Source: Thalia democratica
Lineage: Eukaryota
DNA: 64,000 nucleotides
NCBI GenBank assembly: GCA_965202585.1
Contig: OZ241829.1
Location: 33,480,001 to 33,544,000, forward strand
Reading direction: 5' to 3'
A program made the position numbers and the translations under genes. This document shows positions 35,704 through 46,500 of this stretch, in pieces. Below the pieces are notes generated by a model. That model ran no database searches and was not told the origin of the DNA. It worked only from the letters and a program-made list of their open reading frames with translations. Each line of letters opens with the position of its first letter. Position 1 is the first letter of the stretch.

Positions 35704-37549
35704 TAGACTATTAGTCACTCTCATAAATAATAATAAACTTGGCCTTTAATATAAATAAAAACAGTTTAAGAAATAAGTCAAATCCTAACTTTAAGTTGCA
35801 AGTAAACCGAATTGAACACAATGGTGAGTTTATGTTGGGAATTCTGATAAAGTTATATTCTTATATAAGCTAAAATATGATATATAAGAAAAAAAAGGTG
35901 TGAAATGTTTTTTCAAAGGTCATCTTACAACTTATTCAAAAAAAAACTATCTGAATTATTCTAGCCTTGTTTTTTGTCAAAACTTATGTATATTAAAATT
36001 AAACTAATTAAAAACATGCAACTTTTGTTACATATAAAACTGGTGTTCAGTTATTTTAATTAATTAATTTAAAACTAGTTGCCTTAAGAAAATTCTAAGC
36101 TAAGTTGGTATTGTTAGATTTTTTCTTCTTGCTTAACTTGAAACTAAAATTAAAAGAAGGTGTGTAAAAATACATAGGTTAAGGAAATTAGATGATAAAA
36201 TTACACCTTGTAAAATATGTGACTTAAAATATTTATCAAATTTAAGTTAAAAACAAAAAACGTATTTGCAAAAAAAAACCAGAAATGTGTTCTTCATAAT
36301 TTTAATAGTTGTAAATGTACAATAAAATAAAATTGTCTAAAATCAATCACAAAAAAGCAAGGTCTATAAAAATAACAAATCATTGCAAGTAGAAATCATT
36401 ATTCATCATATTAATTACTAAACAGATTTTTGTTTTGTTAGTGAAACTCATAGACTTAAATTAAAAAGTATTAGACCAAAATTTAGGTTGTAGAAGTGAA
36501 TAAATAATACAAGAGCGAAGAATTTATTTAGGCGGTCACTTACTTTTCAAATAGGAAAACAGTGCCAAATATCTGCCACACAAGTCAACGTTTTAAAGCG
36601 TTGAGTCTGATAAAGTTTAATAATTTAATGCGTAGTAGAATATATCGATTAAAAGACAATTATTTTTAGATTCAATGCTATTGATACGGTTAGTAAAATA
36701 AAAACATAAAACTTGCCTTTGAAGCAGTAAAACTTTTGTAAATTGTTTTCTTTAGTCCATAACATTTGCTCAAGCGTCTTAATATATATAAACTAATAAA
36801 AAAATCATACTAAAATTTTTAATAAATTTTTTATGATAAATTGACATGTAAAATTGACATGATATATTAACCTAAAAGTATACTGAAAAAGTGAAACACT
36901 TTATACTTTTTATAGACCTTTAAGATATTTAAATTGTTAGCAATTAAAACTATAGAACTTCTTTAAAACTAGATGCACTACAAGGTTTATAAATTTGGTT
37001 AAAACACTAATAAAGAATTGTATTTAAGTACTAATTTTAAATTATTCTACCTTTTTTGTACACGTTCAAACAGTATTTTGTATACTAAACATATAGTTCT
37101 TAGAATAGCAAATATCGCAGAGAAAAATATGGTACTTGAAACTACATGATCAGCCTGCGAGACGCGCAAAAAAAAATAAATGAACTGTAAGAACCGAACA
37201 AAGAGTAGAACGTATTTCAAACTTTTGATAGAGAAATGAAAAAGGCACGGTTTAAAGTTTGAGAAAACTAACAATGTGTGAAAGCCTCAATGTAATCGAG
37301 ACTCGCTCAAACTTTGGATCAGGAAACGCGATTGTTGAAAGAAGACGATTAACTAAACTTATTTAGGTATTTTCCAATTACGGCCGAAAGAGTGTCGGCA
37401 TTTCGTCTTTTTGGACGGTGATTTTTGTTTTTGCGGTTTGAAAGTCATCGGTCAGCTCTAAGAAACTTTTGTGACATCACAGTCGACAATGATGTCACAA
37501 TCGAGGTGTTGCTGTTATCTTCTGCTGGAACTTTTCCGTCCAAAACAGA

Positions 37550-37558
37550 TCATTCCCC
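37550..37558 (-). CDS. WDR20: WDR20 putative terminal exon (GE*), followed by a 3' UTR-like stretch to about 37050 or further
   Basis: aaaacag acceptor at 37559-37560, then GGG GAA TGA and a moderately GC-rich stretch; inferred. Confidence 0.45.
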   Translation of the reverse strand, partial: GE

Positions 37559-40500
37559 CTGTTTTAATTATTTCGTTTAAAAGCATACAAACACGATTGA
37601 AAGTAAAACTTTTTTTTTAAACAAAATCAAACTTTTTATTGCTAGTTTTAATTTCAACCAGCTAGAAATTAACAACAAGTACGATATGAGAAAAAAGAAT
37701 ACATTTAAAAAGTTTTCAGATATATAGCTTTTAAAAGCCTAATATATAAGCGAGTTTTAAACAAAAATAAACTATCTATTTTATCAGTATGTATTAGCTA
37801 CATTTACCAGCCCATATCGAAACGAAACAGAAACCAAGCGGCTGCAACAAATTCGCTTGCGGCTGAACATCAACAGCAAACGAACGCAATCAATTAGCTG
37901 ATCAATTAGCAGCTGGTGGTTTCGTTGCGACCGCGCTTTTTACTTTGCAGCTGAACTTGAACGAAACAGCAAAAAGTCTCGAACGCGGTTGAAGCGGCTT
38001 AGAAGCAAGCACACACGTATACATATATATATATATATACGTGAGGCGAATTAATCGCGAGCACTTTGCAAAGATCAATATGAAGAAGACTTTCTGCTCC
38101 GTCTACTGCGCATTGTTGGCGGATCAATAAAACACAAGCGCCTTACTCGCGTTGTGTTTTGATTGCGCGCAAACGCTCGCCAGTCGCAATAAAATATTAA
38201 AAAACATGTCTAATTTAAAAATAAGTTGCGCATCATTTAAATTTGTTTGTGGCATCATTTAAAATTTACTGTAAAATTACAATTTAATGAAGTACAGTTT
38301 TGTAAATTTTTCAACGTTCAAATGTAATGTTACGTTTAAGAATTAAATCAAAATATAAAATTAAGAAAATAAATATTTTATTTTTGGGTGCTAAATGCTT
38401 AAACATAAATTAGTGTAAGTAACCATTTAAAATAATAACTATGGACAAGTAGAAAAAATCGGCATGTATCTTAACTTAGTTTTATTATTATTATCAAACT
38501 AAACACAGCTTGAGTTTGTCGTATCGATTATGCATGTAGTTTAAATTAAACTGATAACTCAAGTCTGATCTTAAGAATTCATTTTCTAACAACAGTAATT
38601 AAGCATAAACATTATAGTTACAAAATTGAAATAAAACTAAATTATAGTGTTTTTACATTATTTGAATATTTATTAAAAACTCTTTATTAGGAAACAATAG
38701 ATTTTACTACATAGTTTTTCTTTTATACCATTTTCTAAACTTTTGCTTATTAAATATTTCTAGGATTCATTCAAGCATCCTATTATTATATTGATTATAT
38801 AGGACGTATATAGTTCTAATTGAAGATAAGTTATGCAGTACAACAATAATACTTTATACTGCATTGTTACTCTAATAAATACACAGTTTTATTTTAGCAA
38901 AAACATTTTTTATACTGAAAGTTTTCAGAGAACCTTTTGTAGTTAATTTACTAGAAGCACTCTGTAGGACATTAAAAACTATCAAAAACATTGATCCTTT
39001 CATTTTTACGTGTAGCTAATTGTATATCTAACATAAAATTTTTTTGTTTGAAATAAGTAAAACTAAACTATGTTGGATTTGAGTGAAAATTCAAAAAAAA
39101 AAATGACTGGTTTTTTATAGAAAAGAAACATAGTTCTATGTGAAAACTTACTTGACACTAAGATTTTTTAGAATTTTTTTTCGTACAAATTTTGTAAACA
39201 GTGTAAAGCATTAACTTTATTCGTTATATTAGCGTAACGTACAGCATTTTAATAACAATACTTAATTACAAACAACTACAAAACAAAGTTATTTTCAAAA
39301 CTTACAAGTTTAGTTTTTGTATATTTAAGTTTTAATTTAAATTTGTTGCTTATTACATTATAGTTAAAAGAAATGCCTGAACTATGGTGCCTAAACTATA
39401 ATACCTGAACCTAAATAGCACATGTATAATTACCGTCTTAAATTATAAAAATTTGTGGTATAGAATGTGTGTTTGTTAGGGACTTATAAAACCACATTTA
39501 TTTAATTAAAACTTGCAACGCATTATATTTAACCTGAAGCAAAACAATAGTTACTCATTTGATATAAAAGTGCAATAAAGTACCAGAAATCAAAAACGTT
39601 AATGTACTTTTATCAATTTGTGATAACTTTTTTAACTAGTAATGTTTTTTTTATTTACTAGATTTTTTAACTTAACATCAAATTAAACCTGAATGTTTAA
39701 CAAAATTCTAATAAATATAAGCCAGTCTTAAGGTATATCAATAAACAGAAGTTATGAAATAAATAAAAATTTAAAGTTTTAACACAAATAAAAATCAAAA
39801 TTACAATAAAATAAAAGCTTTCCGCATAAAATACTTTTAGAAAATTATATTTTTGAGGTTTTCATCCAATAAACTTAAGTTATGTAATAATGATAAAGAT
39901 TATTTGTGGTAAAAATCTAAATGGTCAAATACTTAAAAAGAAAAAAGTTTTTTACTCTTTTATTCTTAATTAACAGGAGTTACTGTAAAACTTTTCACTC
40001 GAAAATAACTTAAACTTATATAAACAACTATTTTATTAAATTTATATAATTTTATTATTAATAAACAATTCGTTTTTTTAACTAATTTCTATACTTAATT
40101 ATGTTCGCACTTCCCTGCGTTGGTATACATTTTCAACTGACTGGTTTTTCATGAACAAAAATATGAAACAAAAACTCAAAATTTCAAATCAGTAAGCGCA
40201 ATATAAATTAAAGTATTTTTTTCAACTTTGTACAAGTTTATAGAACAGGGGTCGGCAGCCTTTAACATGTACCGGGCCAGTTTTCCTAAAAAGACTTTCA
40301 CACGGACCGGACTGTATATAAAATATCTTTTATTGGTCGCAGTTATTTTGAAATGCTTGTAACGATATATATAAGTATACCATTTTAAACCGAAAACGTG
40401 ATACAATGAGTAGTAATAGAGCACAAACAAAGGATGATCACTAAATTATAGTCTAATTTGAATTACCGCAAAAAATGTCTTCTTATGGTTTATTAAGCAT

Positions 40501-43500
40501 AATTTTAGAGCTATAAAGTACCTCGCGGGCCGCAGACTTTGGCTTTGAGAGTCGCATTTGGCCTGTGATCTGCAGTTTTCCGACTGTTATAGAACAACTG
40601 TTATATTTATTATATATTCAAATTTCGTTATACAAGTTAAACGTTTATGTGAGATGGACTTATACCACTTGGTATCTTAGTCTATAAATTTCTCATACAT
40701 GCCCATAATTATAAGTAAACTTGATAAAACCATGACAAAGAAATAATTAATAACAAAATCAAAAATGGCTAAAAAGAATTCTAGCAATTTTCAACATTAT
40801 CTAAAGAATTTCCGACAAAATTAAACAACGATTTTATTAGAATGATTGTAAAATTCTTGTATAAATCTAACTATAATTTTCGTAAAAAAAAATCAGTATA
40901 GACTTTAGCTAAAAAAAGTTAGCCTGAAATAATATAAAAAAGCCTAATCAAAGTTTTCTAAAAATCAACACAATCACAAAGTATTGGAACAACCACCCTA
41001 TACAAACAATACAAGCCAAGACCATTCAAGATTCAAGCTGAGCGTTCTACCCCATTCAATAGCATATGAAAGTTTATTAGCTAAGTCAGGGTTGCCACTA
41101 TTTGAGTCAAAAAATCTTCCTTGAGTGACCAGAAACTTCCCTGAGTTTTATTCAAATCCTTAAAAACTTTATAATTTATTAAAAAACTACAATGTAAATT
41201 CTAAGAATATTAAAGATCTAGCCACAAGGCTAAAAAATTTCTAAACAAACACTTAATAATTAATAAAATTAACTTTTTTGAACAAAATATTGAAACTGAT
41301 TAATTAAATTTCATTCTAGATCTAGAAAAAATTTCCCTAAGATTTTTTTTTAAATCTTAAAATTTCCCTGAGAAAATTTCTCTTAAAAAAAACCAAAACT
41401 GCCCTGTTTTCCCTAAGTTAAAAAAAAAAATTCCCTGAGATTTTCTACAACTTGAAAATTCCCTGATTTTCCATCTTTGAGTGTGTGGTAACCCTGCTAA
41501 ATGTTAATACATTAGCATAACAACTGTTAATTTTATAAGTCATGTTTTACTTTTTATTTTCGATAATAGCTTTATGCTAACTATTTCTGATAATTTCTTT
41601 AAAAGTTTTATTCATAGTAGTCTTGAGCGTTTCTACCAGTTTTTATTAAATTTTTGTCATGCGTTTAAATAAAACCTAAGCTACGCTTTAATGTCTTCTT
41701 AATCGATTATTTTCATTATATGATTATCACTATAACTAAAGGTAACAGTATTTATCAATCGAGCGAAACATTGTCTTATAAATAAACTTGTGAACCAATA
41801 ATTTTACGAGTCTATTTACTAGATTTTTATAACTCAACATCAAATTAAACCTGAATGTTTAACAAAATTCTAATAAGTATAAGTTAGTCTTAAGGTAAAC
41901 CAATAAATAGAAGTTATTAATTTTACGAGTCTCACAAACGCGTTCAAAAGTCACCTCGGGCCTCCTCCACAGCTGTATGAAGCCGTCCTGGCAGGTGGTG
42001 ACGATGCCGTCCGGCGTGAAGTCGATGCCGGTCAGCCGCCCCGACGCTATCTTCTTGCACACGATCGGCTCCAGCATGTGCGTCTGGTCGATCCTCGGGC
42101 ACAGCTCGCTCCCGAGGCTCATCACTTCTTCCTGTGTCGAAAAAATAAACAAACGATAAAAATCTACAAGTTCATTGCATACGAGTTCGAATCGATTTCG
42201 GACAACAGCCCTTCATCGGTGAACTTTAAACTAGCACAACTAAAACACATTCATGCAACTAAGTAAATAAAAATAAAATAAATAAAAAAAATTATTATGA
42301 CGTAGTAGTTCAAAACTGTTCACTTCTTCCTGTTGGTCGTTATATTTTTTGTTTTATTTGTAGTTTTTGTTTTTTTTGTTTTTTTCATTTATTTTTTCAA
42401 CTGACTTTTTTCAACTGACACACTTCTTCCTGTGTCAGTTGTGACATTTTGTTAAGTTGTTTTTGTTTTACGTGCAAAACGTTTATTTTGTGTTTGTGAG
42501 GCAGGGTGCTAGTCTGTAAAGTGCGGTTGATTTTTTTTTTTTAACGGTTTGTTTTTTAGCGTTTTTTAATACGATTGGAGTGAGTATGAATTTCAAGCAA
42601 CAAAGTAAACTTTGAGTTGCACAGTTCCGTTAAATAATTATTATTACACGTTTCATGTATTTATTGATCTACCTGATGCTTCGACTCAATTGATATCGTG
42701 AGCAAGTTGTTTGCGAAAAAAAATATGAATGATTAAAACGAATAGTTTAATATTTTGACTTTTATTTCTTAAACTCTACTGGCCTTACGAGTTTTGATAT
42801 AAGCGTTTAACTCAAGAGTTGTTAATAAAATGTTATTGTTTTATAACTTGAAACTGTTTTGTTTAAACTTTATTTCAAGACAGGGTGTAATACTAATTGT
42901 TTATTAAATGCATTTAGTAAAACTTCAACTTCTTTGGAATGTATTTTTTGCTATTGAAGCTTTAACATTTTTATTAAGTTAAGTTATGCAAAACTAACAT
43001 TGAAATCATTTCGCTTGAGTCATGCAAAAACAAAAAGAAAAGGCTACCAATACTTTTGGACGAAATAATACCAGTAGCTACCTTACATATTATAATGTTC
43101 ATAAAAAGTTTTCAAAAAAAAAACAACTTTTTTTTGGATTTACATACAACAATGTACTATAATTTTGAAGTAAATCAGGTTTAAAACACCCATATTAAAA
43201 TTATAAACAACAATATGATAAAAATACATCATGTTGTATACAATATAATAAAAACGTTAGTTTTATTTCTTTAATATTTTGCATTAAATTTCTTTTGAAC
43301 TTATCATGAAAGATTTTTTTTTATTTGTATATATAGAAGTGTAATTTTTTATTTAACAACAGCATACAGTTAGGAAATCTTTCAATTCTAATAAGTTTGC
43401 TGAAAAAGTGAATAAAATTTTTTAAAGGAAGATAGTGAATATATTTCACAGTTTTCATTGTATCAGTACTTTAGTGAAACTGGTGTAATTTATACTTAAG

Positions 43501-46500
43501 ATTAATTGAAAAATAATTTTGACATTTGAACTTTTAAAACATTTGAAATTTTTGGTGTTTTAAGTTTTTTTACGAGAAAAAATATTGTGTTTTTTAACCA
43601 TTGTAGAAAAACTGACTATTCAAACTCAGGCTGCAAAACGAAAATAATAAGAAATTTACTCAAACTAATCCAATAAGATAAACGTTGTACAAGTTTTTTT
43701 ACAACTTTCAATTGCTTTTTCACCATTGCAAAAACTTCAAGCTAACCTTAAAGAAACACTTCATGCTGGAAATTTTTTATGTACTATTTTATACGGTAAA
43801 ACAATCGAGAAAAGTCTACAGAAAAAAGCAAAACTAATCTAATAAGTATTATCATCAAAGTTTATTAACGATATTATGTTTTTGTAAACAAAAATAAAGT
43901 GTTTACAATAAAAGTTGGTGCCAAACAATAGTTGTTGACCACGTCAAATTAATTACAAACAAGCAGTAAAGTTCAAAGACGAATTATGAAAGTTGCTTGG
44001 AATGTTCTCAAGTGCAAGCTATATGCACCATGTGTAATTTGTCACATATTTGCGATAAAATCTATTAGCAACTGGTATTGTTTATCAGATGAAAAATTTT
44101 AACTAGTGCTTCTTTTCTAATATTATTTCTTTTAGGTTGACCTAGGACCATTTATGTAACAAATTTGAATTGAAAAGATTAAACGAATTTGTTTGTTTAA
44201 GGTATTAAAAATAATTTTAAGTTTAATTATTTATTGTAATAAAATTGTAGAAACAAAATATAAGGTTTTCAACATTATTAAGCATTTACCAATTGCACCA
44301 GTACAAATTTTAATTAAATGATTACTTATTAGTTTTTAAAAGTAAATAATAACCTTTGTATGATAAAGATTACTTTTTGACTTGAATTTTTATAATTGCT
44401 CTATAAACAAAACATAGACTAACTAAAACTTTCATATAACACTTAATTTACTAACAAAAACATAAATTACAGTTAAACAGTAGACAATATAAACAACCTT
44501 TACAGCTTCGCGACTGCCGTTCTTTTTTTCCGCTTGAGACTTCTTGTTCTTGTCGTGGCGAAAGCCCTGAAAGAAGGGAACCGAAGCATTCCTCTTGTGA
44601 ATTTTCTTCTCCTTCCGGGTTCCCCTCCGTTCGGCGCTGCCCAATGTGGCGAACTTGCCGGCGAACGAGGGCCAGCTCTTTTTCTTCTTTACCTCTTCCC
44701 CATTTCCGGGCAACTGCGGGTTGCTAAGCGACCGGTTGCTCAGCGAGCCCCCGTCGACCTCAAGGGTTGACTTGGCTCCGTTCGTCCCTCCGCTGCTGAC
44801 GGAGGCGGAGGACGAGTTGGGAGCTTCCGACAGGTCGTCCTCTGAAGGTGCCGCGTTGCCGTGGCTACCGCCGCGGAGGGGCAGGAAAGTGCACGTGGCG
44901 CGTTTCTCCCTGGCGCACGCCAGCACGTTCGAGTCGACTTCCCACAAGCACAGTTGCGAGTCTTGGCCGACCGAGCCGAAGCGGTACGAGAGGGAAGGAA
45001 CTTCGTCGGCCGTCGACAGCCGCGACAGCTTGGACACGTTGCTGAATGTCCGCAACCGCCGCATGGACGGCCGTTCCCCGTTGCCAAGTAACGTACCGTT
45101 GACCTTGGCGCCTTCCTCCTTCACGGTGAGCTTGGCGGCGAGCTGGTTCGTTACGTCATCGACGCTGGGGAGGTCGTACAGGCTGCTGACGTCATCGTCC
45201 GACGGAATTTCTGTGCAGTGCGGGTCGAAGGCGACGTCGGTGATCCACGAGCTGTGGCCCGTTCCCCTGGCCACGACGCAGCCCTGGCAGAAGCTCCAAA
45301 CGGTGACAAGGTCGTCCTCGCCGCCCATGGCAATGAATCGGCCGTCCGGGGACCAAGCGCAGCAGAGCAGCCCCCCAAAGTAGCTCTTCATCGAACCGAC
45401 CAATCGGAAGGAGGAATGATCGAACACCCGCAAGAACCCGTTCTAAAAAAGGTTGCTACTTTAAATGTCTTTTTTAATAAAAAAAATTTGATGATGACAA
45501 AAAAAAGTTTATCAAATCAAAATTTTACTACTTTACGTTAAAATTGTTAAAAATTTCAGGTTTTTCCAGATTTTTTAGTCTAAATTGTCAAATTTCAGGT
45601 TTTTCCATGTTTTCAGGTTTTTGCTATTAAAGTTGTTTTTAAAAATTCTTAAGTGCTTTCAGAAAAAATATTCATTATAATTAAACAATCGCCTCCCATT
45701 GAAAATGAGTTTTACGAAAATTATTTGTTTAGGCATTTAACTGTTGCAACAATGTTTAAAACTAGGTAAAAATCAAAAATTCTATACAAGCGGAAGAAAT
45801 TATAAAGAGCAATAATTTTAAAAATAACATCATTTTTCATTAAACCATAGAAAGTATACTATATAATGAACATTTTGATTATTAAACTTAAAAATATATT
45901 TATAGACGTTACAAAATACTCAAAGCACTTTAAACAGTGAATAACAAATTTAAAACAGACCTGCTAAAAATTGTATTTTTGTTTAAAATGGCAACATGTT
46001 TATAGTGAGCAAAATACATAAATTAAACCAATTACTTGCGTTACGACGGCCAGGTACTTGCCGCACGGGGAAAACTCCACATTATTCACAGCCGACCCGT
46101 CCTTGGTAACCACCCATTTGTACAGCGGGTTGTTGGCGCTTGGCAACGCGTCGCTACCCGCTTCCGACGACCCGTTGCTATGGGAAACGGCGGTGGACTG
46201 GGTGGAAGAGCTGGCGTTTGAGGACTTCTGGCTGACGTCGAGTTTGAAGACCTCGAAGTCGCCGTCGCTATGGACTGGCTGTCAACATTTTATAAACAAC
46301 TTTGTTTTGTTGTCATGATGTATGTTGAGATAGAATAAAATGTTAAGTGTTAAAATTAAAATAAACTAAACTTAAAATCAATAATTTACGTAAAATAAGT
46401 TTAACTTTTTTTTGTTTCGTGTTAAAATTAACTTCATAACTCAGAAAAAGTATTAAACAAAACACCAATTAATTTTTCATTTATTTTGATTGACAGCTCT

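Noticed and set aside
37047-37274. 75-aa hydrophobic ORF on the minus strand
   Set aside because: Starts at TTG, lies in the presumed WDR20 3' UTR, and has no recognisable homology.
37469-37500. SECIS element after the TGA
   Set aside because: No AUGA/GA kink-turn quartet or apical AA on the sense strand.
44534-45541. Several overlapping ORFs on + and in alternative minus frames (up to 245 aa)
   Set aside because: Shadow ORFs of the GC-rich WDR20 exon 6; no recognisable protein.
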